DNA of 64,000 nucleotides from Callorhinchus milii. Its lineage: Eukaryota. The notes beneath the pieces are model-generated. The model did not search any database and was not told where the DNA came from. It saw nothing but the letters and a program-made list of their open reading frames with translations. Positions 26,177 to 39,230 of the stretch are shown here, one piece after another. The first letter of the stretch is position 1. Every line of letters begins with the position of its first letter. The stretch covers positions 110,486,001 to 110,550,000 of the forward strand of contig NW_024704743.1 of assembly GCF_018977255.1 (NCBI RefSeq), written 5' to 3'. The translations under genes were made by a program, and so were the position numbers.

Positions 26177-27881
26177 CTGTACAAAACATGATTCCATGAA
26201 TTTCACATATTTTCTACAGAATTTATAGCAATTAAATGTTGGCATTTTGTTCTCAAAATCCATAAAGGTGGAAAGGCGAACTTCTTACAGACTGAATGTT
26301 CCAAAGTTCTTGAAATTAAGCTGATTTAATGATTTAAGCATCACAATACTATGTCTATAAAGTTAAGTCGATGTTCAGTTACAATGAATGACAATTTTTA
26401 ATAAACCAAACATTGAATCGCTCAACATCTTAGGGTTAGGGTTAGTAACCAATTGCTGTGTACTACAAACCGAACCAGGTCATTCCTATCCCACTGTACT
26501 GTGGAAGATTCACAAAACTGATATAAGCATCACAGACAATAGGTGACAGCGGTGAATTATATGAGCTGAAAAAATTTAAATCAAATAACAAAGTTCAATT
26601 AGAAATGGCAATTTAGTAGTTTCACTTTACAATGAAATTATAAACTGTTTTTATACACTGAATCAATCATCCATAAATATATTACCGAGACAAAGTTGGC
26701 ACAATTTTACCATCAAAGTACTAACAAGTATCTATATTCCCCCATATCATAGGCTGCACATAGACTTTAAACCTTTGATGCATGCACATGGAGTAATGGG
26801 CGAAGGTCATTCCATGAACTGTTTTTGAGTTAACCTCAACCACACTGCTGTGGAAAAGTGCTTAGCAAAAAAATATGCCCCTGCCCATAGAGAAACACTG
26901 GGGACAGATTCTCTTCTGTTCTTGCAGAGAAATTGTCATCTGTTAAAGACCAATTCGAAAACACTAATGGGAAAGACATGGGAGAAGGTTGTGAACCTGT
27001 CCTTTCAACCAAAAGAGGGGTCTTGAAAATCTTGATAATCTTAATTTATTATCTCCTGCAGATCATAACTGTGCACGTTTAAAATAAAAAAAATTAAAAA
27101 GTGATAGTGTTTGGCTTACATTTTAGAAATTTTCAAACAGTTTCATCCAGAACCAAAGAAATCACAACTCTTGATTGGAACTGGTATAGGAGGTGCACCA
27201 CTCCAGGAGCAATGCAACAACTCTCCTCCAAACTGGAGATGTTCTACACAAACACCAATCATGTAGAGAGGTTAATAACCTATCAGCAGTTATTTTATAA
27301 TAATAATAATCCTTGCTGTGATATAATGCCTTATCACTTTGTCAAGACGGCTCAAAGTGCTTCACGCATGAGTGATACTAGAAAATGTACACAGTGTAAA
27401 ATCACCCAATGAAACACAAAACTTTCAGATTGTTTATGCTGCATTTGTGGCCAAAAATAGTTCGTTGAAAGGGCAAAACACTGGGATCCTCTGCATATAT
27501 AACAAAAACGCCATGTGCCTCTAAAATTCAATGATGAATCTTATACTACGGATGACAGCCAGCTGAGATTTTTACCCTATTTGCATCATTTAATAATAAT
27601 CCTTATATTTTGTATAGAGTCTGTCAAATTGGGAGGCTGTCTGAAACGCTAACAGGATATACTATAAGGTATACTATAAAGTGTAGTGACTGTGTGTTTG
27701 GTGGGCCAAACAGCCCTTACTAATCAAAATTTCATGCAGTTCTTTGTAAATTATTCATCATTATGGAGTAAGTTAATTAAATTAATGTTATTAGATTAAA
27801 TAATCCCTTTCTACGTGGCAAACCTTTTCAGCAAGGCAGAGAACAACCCTTATTACTCAATCAAATGTTATTGGCTCATAC

Positions 27882-27996
27882 CTCGTCAAACTCCTCACCA
27901 AACCCAACTGGTCGGGAAATTGCATCAGAAATTTCCTGTGCGATATCGTGCTGTTCAGTGATGTCTTGCATCATCTCATCAATTTTATCAATATCC
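27882..27996 (-). CDS. CHMP4C: CHMP4C exon 3
   Basis: DIDKIDEMMQDITEQHDIAQEISDAISRPVGFGEEFDE; Snf7 family. Confidence 0.95.
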
Positions 27997-28169
27997 CTGA
28001 AAAAAATATGAGTTAAATAATTAAATAACACATTGCCACAGCAGCTTGAAATGTGACATTCGGTTTCCTCAACACTAGCTTCTAGTGGGGGTTTGTGATA
28101 CAACAAATGCAATCTTTCACTGAGTATTGTTTGTGTGGATCAGTAACATTTTATTCATGGGTTTAAAAT

Positions 28170-28410
28170 GCAGTCCTGTAGCTCAGTGGTTAGAGCACTC
28201 GCTTTGTAAGCGAGAGACCTGGGTTTGATTTCCGGCAGGGTGAAACCTTGGGTAAGTTTCCTTACACCACACGCCTGATAATATTCCCTCAAAAAAAAAA
28301 AAAATTGTTCATTTCAACCCACGACTGTTTGTGGGACACTGCTGTGCACAATTGGCTACCGCATTTCGCCCACAAATATACAGTCAATTCATTTTACAGT
28401 CTATTCAAAC
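28170..28410 (+). mobile_element. tRNA-SINE copy
   Basis: GTCCTGTAGCTCAGTGGTTAGAGC head plus body. Confidence 0.85.
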
Positions 28411-28861
28411 CACTTCCTTGAATTTACTTAATCTGTAGTGCCTGTAGTTTGTAGGCAAACATATAAATCTACAACACAATGTTAAAACTATGAAAAATCT
28501 TCATAGTTATAGCCCTAAAACCATTCTCTTAAACTGCTCATGCAAAATCATGGGACATCCTTAATTTGAGTCTTAATTTGGATGCTAGTGTTCTGCAATT
28601 CTTAAAAAGGCTAAAACTATAAGGAATTTCAGTGGTAGCTTCACCTACCACTATGTATAGTGAAGACATCATTACCAAACCAGAGTGAAGTGGGACTTGA
28701 TTCAGTTACCTACATTAATCTAAGGCATAAAACTACTCCTACAATTCATGACTAGCATTAACAAAAGTTAAATGTGCTGTGGACACAATGAAATGTCAGT
28801 CATAAAGGATTGTTCATTTGAAAGCAAGCTCATTATACCTCAGCACTGACAGATCACTCAC

Positions 28862-29039
28862 ATGTTATCATGGGCACCTTTTATGGCCTTTGCAGCAAAG
28901 CCCATAGATTTCAATACTTCAGTGTTAGTATTTGCGTTCTCTAATGCTTCACGCTGGAATTCAATAGTAGAGAGTGTTCCGTCAATCTGTTCTAGCTGTT
29001 TTTCAAATCTCTTCTTTCGTTTGAGTGCTTGTAAGGCGA
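28862..29039 (-). CDS. CHMP4C: CHMP4C exon 2
   Basis: ALQALKRKKRFEKQLEQIDGTLSTIEFQREALENANTNTEVLKSMGFAAKAIKGAHDN; donor GTGAGT. Confidence 0.95.
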
Positions 29040-29245
29040 CTGGGGAAAAAAACAGTACAAGTATGAACATAATCAGTTCAAAGAGTTTTTAGAGGACAAG
29101 AACATAACAGCCATCAAAGGAAAGATGCAATAGTAACAGAACAAGGCACAAGGTGCAATTGAACAAGAAGGTGGTTATTTACGATAGGCAGGCATCAGCT
29201 TGGATGGGACAAAGGTATAAACCAGACCTCATGTTGTTAAGACTA

Positions 29246-29613
29246 TGGAGTCTTGTAGCTCAGCGGTTAGAGCACTCGCCTCGCAAGCGAGAGACCTGGG
29301 TTCAATTCCCGGCAAGGCGAAATGTTGGGCACATTTTCTTACTCCACAAACCTCTGTTTACCTAGCAGTAAGTAGGAACCCGGTTGTTAGTCGATTGGGG
29401 GATCGATTTTCCAGGCGTAATAATTCCTTAAAAAAAAAAAAATTGGTCACTGAATCCATGACTGTTTGTGGGACACTGCTGTTCGCAATTGGCTGCTGCA
29501 TTTCGCCCACAAATATACAGTCAATTAATTTTACAGTATATTCTGTGAAGTGCTTTGAGACATCTCGAAGACATGATAAGACGCTATATCAAATTTAAGG
29601 ATTATTATTATTA
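29246..29613 (+). mobile_element. Full-length tRNA-derived SINE with L2-type tail
   Basis: A box TAGCTCAGCGG, B box GGTTCAATTCC, tail (ATT)n. Confidence 0.9.
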
Positions 29614-30444
29614 TCATGTCCAGCCAGGATAATACTGTGCATTCCTTTCAAGGTGGTCAACACTATCTGGCTCTCCCTGGGATGTTATCGAAGGTACTGG
29701 AAGGACAAAAGGGGCTTCACTGTCAGTAGATTGCAAGAATAGTTAAAGAGTTCTAACAGACTATTTAAAAAGCTGTTCTTCATTTGGGGCAGTCATTGGA
29801 ATAGAGTCTTAGAAAAAATAAGTAGCTATAGCAAGGGTTTCAATTCCCAATCAGGGAATTTTTGGAGAGCGAACTCAGAAACTTACTCTCTACTACACAA
29901 AAGCAGAACAAGTCTGGAATATTTTTTTCTCAATTCGGATGGAAGCTATTCACCAGGTGGTGAAACCATAGAATGCTTGAGAGTAATGGCCAAGCAAGGG
30001 AGAGAGAAAGAAGTGATGAGACACATGTTTGTTGAAACACCACCCACTGACGTTTGGGTGGAACAAAACTTAATTCCTACACAGGCCAAATCTGTAATGT
30101 CCTATTATAGAAAATGCAGTTAGGCTGGTTGACGCCTCCTTTATGCAACATTTCTAGAGATATCTAACGTGATAATTTCTTTCTTTCAAGACAATATTGT
30201 TCTCAATTGCAAGTACTCTACTGCCTGATAGGTCTTATCAGAAACTTCACCACCATTATTAGTAGAGTAGGGATATGTTAACAGTTTTTTTTACTTAATG
30301 CATGAAATACAGATGTCTCTGCAGTAAATACCATTTTATCACAATCTCCAATATGGCAAATTGCTTATAATCACTTGTTACAGGGAAAGTACTGGCGAAA
30401 TACTAGATAAATTCTGCAATGTGCACTAAAGCACTTTAACTGGC

Positions 30445-30855
30445 TCCCAGACTGCACTGGCTCCCTGTCCCAGAAAGGATCGATTTCAAGATCCTCACCC
30501 TTGTCTTCAAATCCATCCACTCCTCCACAGCCCCCTACCTCTCTGACCTCCTCTCTCCTCAAAACAGTACCCGTTGCCTTCGTTCCTCTGGGAGTGGCCT
30601 CCTCCTCGTCCCCCGAGTCCTCCGCTCCACCCTCAGCGATTGTGCCTTCAGCCACTATGCCCCGAGGCTCTGGAACTCCCTTTGCCTCGCCCCTTCTCTT
30701 CCTGCTTTTAGGTCTCTGCTGAAGACCTTTCTTTTCGACCGCGCCTTTGGTCACCTTCCTCCCCCCGGCTCTGCCCCGGGATCTGTTACTGTAAAGCGCT
30801 CTGAGACGCTGTCCGGTGTGGAGGGCGCTATATAAATCCAAGTTGTTGTTGTTAA
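30445..30855 (+). mobile_element. L2 3' fragment
   Basis: CTGCACTGGCTCCCTGTC...TTCAAGATCCTC; tail ATAAATCCAAGTTGTTGTT. Confidence 0.8.
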
Positions 30856-30959
30856 CGCAGCTTCTTGTGCAATGCTCTTCTGCGTCTCCTCAACTGCTCT
30901 CAATACCATCTAAATACATCATCAGAATCCCTCCACAATCAATCAAATTTTGAAAAGAC

Positions 30960-31325
30960 AATAATAATCCTTGCATTTGATATAACGCCTTATCACGTCT
31001 TCAAGACGTCTCAAAGCACTTCACAGAATATATTATAAAGTGAATTGACTGTATATTTGTGGGTGAAACATGGCCAATTGCGCATATCAGTGCCCCACAA
31101 ACAGTTGTGGATTGCGGGACCAAATTATGTATAAAAATTTTTTGAGGGAGTATTACCCCCAGAAAAGCGACCTGCCAATTGACTAACAACTGCGTTCCCT
31201 ACTTACTTACTGCTTGTTAAACAGGCGTGGGGAGTAAGGAAACTTGCCCAACGTTTTTCCCTTTAGTGAACTGAAACCCAGGTCCTCTCCTTGCGAGGCG
31301 AGTGCATTAACCACTGAGCTACAGT
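30960..31325 (-). mobile_element. tRNA-SINE copy
   Basis: Tail AATCCTTGCATTTGATATA through to head CACTGAGCTACAG; further partial copies at about 17870-18035, 43800-43990, 48620-48800 and 54575-54690. Confidence 0.85.
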
Positions 31326-32833
31326 ACTGCACAAAGTTTGTGATTATGTTTCTTGGTTGTTTTTCAGTTTTAGCAAGCAACAGACAATACACATCTATCA
31401 TCACATTTTAGTAAAATCCTAGTACTATCCAGAGCGAGGCTATTTGAAAGTTTCACATCCTTCTTATTATGCTTTGCCTGAATATCATGGTGACTGGCAT
31501 GATCCTTTGCAACATACTGCATGAATGTTCTGATCCGTGCAATAAGTGAACAAAATTAAGTTAGTTATGAAGCTCTAGCATAATTTCCACATAAATATGC
31601 AAGACCTTTATTCTATTAATGCTATTACATAGAAACAAATTTCTCTCAAACAAAACTAATCAAATAGTGTCATTTTTGATACTGATAGTGATTTGCTGCA
31701 GAACACAGATCATCTATTCACAATTCAAGTGAAAGCTACACCATTGCTATGAATTGTTATTGTCCAATTGAAAAAAACTTTACTTGAGAGAACAGTTGCG
31801 ATCTCATGTCCATATTCCAACTGTCTGATATGCCTCTGGGTGTCAATCAGAGCCCAGATTCTTTCCCACAGAGACAAGGGGAATTCTGTCCAATTACCCC
31901 CAATATACATAGCTTCTTGTGGTTAGGCCAAAAACAGCCTAGTTAGAGGACTGTAAACACAATGTTGCGTGGAAATCCAAGAGGTAGAAATATCTTAGGG
32001 ATGGACCACAACTTTATAGCGCTTCATTAAACAACATTTTAAACAAACAAAAGTTATTTCCATATTCTTAGATGTACATCAGCAGTGTATCTAAAAAGGC
32101 TCGAGACTAGCAGAACAATATTTAGTTCAAGCACAATGCTAAAGATATAAGAATTGTCATAAACTGAGGACAGAAGAGAGTAAGTTGTTAGAAAATGAGA
32201 AAATAGTCAGAAAGTTTAAAACCTTCACCATATAAGACTTACAGGTTGTCAAGATGATCTGACAGAAAGGAGGATTACGTAGTACTTATCACAGGTCAGT
32301 CCATAGAAGACTGAAAAGATTTAAGTGTGTTCTTTCTTTTAAGTATGAAGAAAGTGAACAAATGGGGGATGATCTGTCAAAAGAAAGGGGCCCAATTAAA
32401 ACAGGATTGGAAACAGAGCGGTAATAATCTTTACACTGACATTTTAGCAGTTAAAATGTATACTACATTCATAACATTTTTTTTACAAATGATTAACCAT
32501 TAACTCCGCAAAGAATACGGTTCTGTATCTGTTTAAACCAATAAAATACCTTGATTACCCTCCCCCTTTCCCAGTTCAGCCCCCACCTCACCCCCTCTAG
32601 TTATAGAGCCAACCAACAAGTTAAAGCTCACAATTTCATCCATACTATTTGTGTAAAGTTAAGATTACACAAGTCCTGAACATTCAGACCTTGTTTCTAT
32701 ATTTATTTTAAGTGGATTTCCAATGCATCTCAGTTGACAGTTCACTGTTTGAATAACTTAATGAGTATATTTTTACTCTCACTTCTCTTCCTATGGAGCA
32801 AACTGTCAGAGAGCTCTTGGCAGATGAAGAATA

Positions 32834-33023
32834 CAACAACAACAAGAACAAGGTTCCATTTATAGAGCGCCTTTCACGTCGGGAGGACGTCCCAAGGCGC
32901 TGGACAGTTGGGTCAGGACCCGAGCAGGGGGGGAAATGGTCAGGGTGAGGGGAGGGAAGGGAGGGAGGGGGCGAGGAGGGGGTAGAGAGTCGAGAGGGGA
33001 GCTGAAGGCACGGTCAAAGAGAA
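32834..33023 (-). mobile_element. Short L2 3'-end copy
   Basis: Reverse complement of about 15741-15922. Confidence 0.85.
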
Positions 33024-33856
33024 CGTGTACACTTAGTGTTTCTGCTACCCTAACGCCACTTTGAGGTATTAATGGCCTTTAGCAAACTACTACTGTATAC
33101 ACAATTTGCTGAACGCACACAAACATTACATTCCAGATATCTGCCAACTGTAAATACTACTTCTAATCTACAGTATCTTCTAATCATCATCTGCTGTCAA
33201 TTAAGAGCATATTTTCATACTTTGCTGCTCGGTACATATCTTCGCGAAATGCATAATCACAAGTCCTGACAAAAACTCAGTTGCTACGGCACAACATAAG
33301 CTACATAAACTCTCGCGCAAATTGCAGGTGGAATTTTTTTTAACCTATCTGACACTGCATATTGTTTACAGAAATCCTACCTTTCTTTTCTTGTGCTCCG
33401 TGGTGGTCTTGCTGAATGAACCATACATCTACAACTCCTACAACTGTACAATAGCAGGAAAGAACCTTCCCAAGTCTCTGCCAATAATAAACATCATTCA
33501 TGATTGACACTCGAATGCTGACACTTAAGCCCTTACAATCTTCCCTCCCCTTCACAGCAAGTCAACTAATAACCCAGGAACTCTTTGAAGCTTCTCCCTT
33601 TGTCGAGATCAGGCAACTCCTACTGCTACTTCCACAACAATAATAATAACAATAATCTTGCGTTCGAGGCAGCAGCTTTCACCCTCAAGAGAGAGCAGTC
33701 GTAAGATTTTACTGTAAGGTGCAGTGACTGTCTATTTTATAGGCAAATGCAGGAGCCATGAGATGCTGCAACATACATATAGTCACTGCATTTTACAGTC
33801 AGGGGAGACTGGTGTTGGGTGGGTTCCAATCTCACAGCCGATGTTGTGGTTGTACA

Positions 33857-35200
33857 GTGTGTGTGTGGGGTGTGGGTGTGGGGTGTGGGTGTGTGTGTGG
33901 GTGTGTGTGTGTGGGGTGTGGGTGTGTGTGTGTGGGGTGTGTGTGTGTGGGGGGTGTGTGTGTGTGGGTGTGTGTGTGGGTGTGTGTGTGTGTGGGGGGT
34001 GGTGTGTGTGTGGGGTGTGTGGGGGGGTGTGTGGGTGTGTGTGTGGGTGTGTGTGTGTGTGGTGTGTGTGGGGGGGGTGTGTGTGTGGGGGGGGTGTGGT
34101 GGTGTGGGGGGGGGGTGGGGTGTGTGTGTGGGTGTGTGTGTGGGGGGGGTGTGTGTGTGTGGGTGTGAGGGTGTGTGTGAGGGTGGGTGTGGGGGTGTGT
34201 GTGTGGGTGGGTGTGGGTGTGTGGGTGTGTGTGGGGTGTGTGTGTGTGTGTGTGGGTGTGTGTGGGGGTGTGTGTGGGGTGTGTGTGGGTGTGTGTGTGG
34301 GTGTGTGTGGGTGTGTGTGTGGGTGTGTGGTGGGGGTGTGTGGTGTGTGTGGGTGGTGTGGTGTGGGGTGTGTGTGTGGGTGTGTGTGGGTGTGTGTGTG
34401 TGTGTGGGGGGGGGGGGGGGTGGTGTGTGTGGTGTGTGTGTGTGTGAGGGGTGTGTGTGTGTGGTGTGTGTGGGGTGTGTGGTGTGTGAGGGTGTGTGTG
34501 TGTGTGTGTGTGAGGGTGTGTGTGTGTGTGTGAGGGTGTGTGTGTGTGTGAGGGTGTGTGTGTGTGTGAGGGGTGTGTGTGTGTGTGTGGGTGTGAGGGT
34601 GTGTGTGTGGGGTTGTGTGTGTGTGTGTGTGTGTGGGTGTGTGAGGGTGTGTGTGTGTGTGTGGTGTGTGTGTGTGTGGGGGTGTGTGTTGTGTGTGTGT
34701 GGTGTGTGTGTGTGTGTGTGTGGGGTGTGGGTGTGTGAGGGTGTGTGTGTGTGTGTGTGTGGGGTGTGTGTGTGGGTGTGTGTGAGGGTGTGTGTGGTGT
34801 GTGTGTGTGTGTGTGAGGGTGTGTGTGGTGTGTGTGTGGGGTGTGGTGGGTGTGTGTGTGTGAGGGTGTGTGTGTGTGTGTGGGTGTGTGTGTGTGTGTG
34901 TGTGTGTTGTGGGTGTGTGTGTGTGTGTGGGTGTGTGTGTGGTGTGTGTGTGTGTGTGTGGGGTGTGTATGTGTGTGGGGGTGTGTGTGTGTGTGTGTGT
35001 GTGGGTGTGGGTGTGTGTGTGTGTGTGTGTGTGGGGTGTGTGTGTGTGTGTGTGGGGTGTGTGTGGTGTGTGTGGGGGTGTGTGTGTGGGGTGTGTGTGT
35101 GTGTGTGTGTGGGTGTGTGTGTGTGTGTGGGTGTGTGTGTGTGGGTGTGTGTGTATGTGTGTGTGAGGGTGTGTGTGTGGGTGTGTGTGTGTGTGGGGGG
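33857..35200. repeat. Degenerate (GT)n/G-run tract, about 1.35 kb, at the start of CHMP4C intron 1
   Basis: Almost only G and T. Confidence 0.97.
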
Positions 35201-35209
35201 ACTCCCCAC

Positions 35210-35396
35210 CTCTCTTGTCCTTGGTGCCGTGTCTCCGGGCCGTCTCCAGTTCCCTTGTGATCCTGGTCTCCAGGTATTCCTGTTTCTTGGTTAACATCTC
35301 CTCGGTTTGCCTCAGGCGGTGGATGGCTTCCTGAGGGCTCGGCGGCGGCTGCTTCCCGGAGCGAGAGCCCGAGAACATCTTCGAAATCTTACTCAT
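35210..35396 (-). CDS. CHMP4C: CHMP4C exon 1 (ESCRT-III Snf7 family)
   Basis: [62 protein letters not shown]; joined CDS 648 nt = 215 aa; 4C assignment from position between SNX16 and ZFAND1 and the LNKKM motif. Confidence 0.92.
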
Positions 35397-35746
35397 AGCG
35401 AACTTCAGCTGAACACAGGCGCCTCACACTCGGCTCACACTCGGCTCACACTCCCCTCACACTCGGCTCACACTCCCCTCACACTCCCCTCACACTCGGC
35501 TCACACTCCCCTCACACTCCCCTCACACTCGGCTCACACTCGGCTCACACTCCCCTCACACTCGGCTCACACTCCCCTCACACTCCCCTCACACTCGGCT
35601 CACACTCCCCTCACACTCGGCTCACACTCCCCTCACACTCGGCTCACACTCCACCTCAGACACTCGGTGACAGACGCTCACACTCGGCTCGCGGCCTACA
35701 CCGGAAGTGTCTGTGGAGACGCACTGGGTCGTTGACGTCACTTCCG
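35397..35746. promoter_or_regulatory. CHMP4C/ZFAND1 bidirectional promoter
   Basis: ATGs 350 bp apart head-to-head; CpG-rich; ETS CCGGAAGT 35701-35708; CRE TGACGTCA 35733-35740 overlapping ETS ACTTCCG 35740-35746; YY1-like GATGGCGG over the ZFAND1 ATG. Confidence 0.8.
35422..35660. repeat. Minisatellite of CTCACACTCGG / CTCACACTCCC units in the promoter
   Basis: About 20 tandem 11-bp units of two variants. Confidence 0.92.
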
Positions 35747-35801
35747 ATGGCGGAGCTGAGTGTCGGGCAGCGCTGCCAAGAGAGGAGCTGCGGCCGCCTG
35801 G
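35747..35801 (+). CDS. ZFAND1: ZFAND1 exon 1 (AN1-type zinc finger protein 1)
   Basis: MAELSVGQRCQERSCGRL, phase-1 donor GTGTGT; not in the ORF track. Confidence 0.9.
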
Positions 35802-35809
35802 GTGTGTGA

Positions 35810-36324
35810 CCCCACATCACCCCCACCCCCACCACACACCCACACACACACCCCACCCCCCACACACCCACACCCCCACCACCACCACACACACCCCCCC
35901 ACCCCCCCCCCCCCCACACACACACACACACCCACACACACACACACACACCCACACACACACACACACCCCCACACACACACCCACACACCCACACACA
36001 CACACACACACCCCCACCACCCCCACCACACACACCCCCCCACACACACCCCCCCACACACACACACACACACACCCCCACACACACCCACACCCACCAC
36101 CACACACACACCCACACACACACACACACCCACACACACCCCCACCACACCCACACACACACCCCCACACACACACACACCCCCACACACACACACACAC
36201 CCACACACACCCCCACCACACCCCCACCCCCACCACACACACACACACACACACACACCCACACACACACACACCCCCACCACACACACACCCCCACACC
36301 CCACCACACACCCCCACACACACA

Positions 36325-36355
<31 letters not shown>

Positions 36356-36561
36356 CCACACACACACCCCCACACACACCCCCACCACACCCCCACCCCC
36401 CCCACACACACCCACACACACACCCCCACACACACACACCCCCACCCCCCACACCACCCCCACACACACACCCCCACACACACCCCCACACACACACACC
36501 CCACCCCCCCCGACACCACCCCCACACACACACACCCCACACACACCCCCCCACACACACA

Positions 36562-36592
<31 letters not shown>

Positions 36593-37550
36593 CCCCACAC
36601 ACACACACACACCCACCACACACCCCCCACCCCACACACACCCCACACACACACACCCCACCACACACACACACACACACACCACACACACCCCCACACA
36701 CAACCCCACACACACACCCACACACACACACATCCCCACACCACCCCCACCCCACCACACACACCCCCACACACACACATCCCCACACCACCCCCACCCC
36801 CACCACACACACCCCCACACACACACACCCCCACACCACACACACCCCCACACACACACATCCCCACACACACACACCCCCACACACACACACACACACA
36901 CCCCCACACACACACACCCCACCCCCCACCGACACCACCCCCACACACACACCCCCACACACCCCCACACACACACACACACACCCCACCCCCCCCGACA
37001 CCACCCCCACCACCACCGCTCCCCCACACACACCACACACACACACACTGCCCTCACACCCCCCACTGCCCTCACACCCCCCCACTGCCCTCACCCCCCC
37101 CACTGCCCTCACACCCCCCACTGCCCTCACACCCACCCACACTGCCCTCACCCCCCCCACTGCCCTCACACCCCCCACTGCCCTCACACCCCCCACTGCC
37201 CTCACACCCCCCACCCCCCACACACCCCCCACACTGCCCTCACACCCCCCCCACTGCCCTCACACCCCCCACTGCCCTCACACCCCCACTGCCCTCACAC
37301 CCCCCACTGCCCTCACGCCCCCCCACTGCCCTCACGCCCCCCCACTGCCCTCACACCCCCCCCACTGCCCTCACACCCCCCACTGCCCTCACGCCCCCCC
37401 CACTGCCCTCACACCCCCCCCCACTGCCCTCACACCCCCCCTGCCCTCACACACCCCCCCCACACACACACACACTGCCCTCACACCCCCGACTGCCCTC
37501 ACCCCCCCCACACACACACACACACACTGCCCTCACACCCCCCACACACA
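35810..37550. repeat. Degenerate (CA)n/C-run tract followed by a CACTGCCCTCACACCCCC minisatellite (from about 37045), ZFAND1 intron 1
   Basis: Direct inspection. Confidence 0.97.
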
Positions 37551-38180
37551 CATACAGTCAATTCACTTACAGTATATTCTGTGAAGCGCTTTGAGACACT
37601 ATTATCATCATCTAACAATTCTTTAGTTGAGGATGGTTATGGTCACCTGCAGGCCAGCAAATACAGACCACTCCTATAATCTTCTGAGTGTTAAATGCAA
37701 GTTAGAAATTATAAAGGAGAGTATGTCTCTGAAATTAACATTTTATTATATTTTATTGAATGTGTTTGCAGACATGCTGTATAATATAGCAGATAACTTC
37801 ATGGTATGGTGTTATCTGATATGCAGATATCACGTCATGGCTGTTTCGGTCACATTGATGCACACAAATTAGCTACCATGATTGCCTACAAATACACAGT
37901 TGCTGCACCTCATATTAAATCCTGTGAAGTACTTTGAGATGTTCTGATGTGAAAGGCGATATATCAAATGCAAGGAAAATTTATAATACAACTAACTATT
38001 ATGATAAAAAAATCTTAAGTCACACACATTTGTCAGAATATTGAAATTGCAGAATCATAGCACTAAGTTTGGTATTTCAAAGTAAATAGATGTTCTGAAA
38101 TACATATTTTAATGAAATACTGGCTGTCAAAATACCTGGTGAATTTTGTAAAACTAACTTAACATTCTCCTATCTTTCAG

Positions 38181-38223
38181 ATTTTCTACCATTCATTTGT
38201 GATGGATGCTCAGGAATTTTCTG
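38181..38223 (+). CDS. ZFAND1: ZFAND1 exon 2
   Basis: DFLPFICDGCSGIFC; AN1 signature. Confidence 0.93.
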
Positions 38224-38378
38224 GTACAGTTTCATTCATTAAAATACACTGCAAAATATATTCTACCGACAGAAAATTGACAAATAACTACATAAAGAGA
38301 ATGATTCTGTTGATCCTTTCAACTTCTTACAATATATTTCAGTTTAATATACCACATAGTTCTACCTTTTTTGTTTAG

Positions 38379-38418
38379 CCTTGAACACAGAAGTAAAGAT
38401 GCTCACGTTTGTTCTGGG
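38379..38418 (+). CDS. ZFAND1: ZFAND1 exon 3
   Basis: LEHRSKDAHVCSG; donor GTAAGT. Confidence 0.92.
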
Positions 38419-38844
38419 GTAAGTTTTTGTAAATTAAACATTCAAATCTCTCATTTAACCTTTTGCTGGACAAGTATGAGTTACACTCAGATCACATCCC
38501 TGTATTTGCCATTGTCATCTCTGTACTGTCATTTGCAATGTGTGTCTGTAATCTGGTTTAAGAGAGGACATGCTACAGAGGTGTTGATGATCTACTGCTT
38601 GTGTAGGGAGGGGCTGAGGAGGCCAATGATCAGGGTGTTGGATAATTGAGTCTGGACATTATGAAGGCATGGATGAGAGTCTTGGCAGACCACATTTATG
38701 TAGGTCCTGGTGGGGCAAGTAAAGCAACATGCCTAAGAATAGGTTACCTGTTTCCCTGTGAGTTGAAAATTGTCGCATCATGTGGAAATCCAAAGACAGG
38801 ATTTTTTTTTTTAAATGTTGTCGCGTGAGATAATATTATAAGTA

Positions 38845-39230
38845 ATTTTTACATTTGATATAGTGCCTTATCACCTCATTGAGACATCTCAAAGTGCTTC
38901 ACATGATGTATTGTAAAGTGGATTGACTTTGTATTTTGTGGGCGAATTGCAGTATCCAGTTTTGCACACAGCATATCCCACAGTGAGTGACAATTTTATT
39001 TGGAAAATTTATTAGCCAGGACTCCGGGAGAAACTCCCTTCTCTTTTTGAATAGTGCTGTGGGATCTTTAACGCTTCTCATCCAAAGGACGGCACGTGCG
39101 ACAATGAACACATCATCCCTATCACTGCATTGGAGGATAATTGAGCATATGTGATTCCATGTCCCGACGTGGGACTTGAACGCACAACCTTCTGACTCTG
39201 AGGCGAGAGTGCTACCAGACTGGCACACTG
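38845..39230 (-). mobile_element. Deu-domain (SacSINE1/AmnSINE1-like) tRNA SINE
   Basis: Minus strand GCCGTCCTTTGGATGAG..TAAAGATCCCACAGCACTATT..GTCCTGGC core; head GGTAGCACTCTCGCCTCAGAGTCAGAAGGTTG. Confidence 0.75.

Noticed and set aside
29246..29320. tRNA-like sequence (also about 24020-24090, 28170-28240, 60135-60209)
   Set aside because: Heads of a multi-copy SINE continuing into a shared body and tail; no clean acceptor stem
33724..37679. Long His/Thr/Pro- and Val/Cys/Gly-rich ORFs (up to 639 aa)
   Set aside because: Translations of stop-free GT/CA tracts; only 35210-35396 and 35747-35801 are real exons
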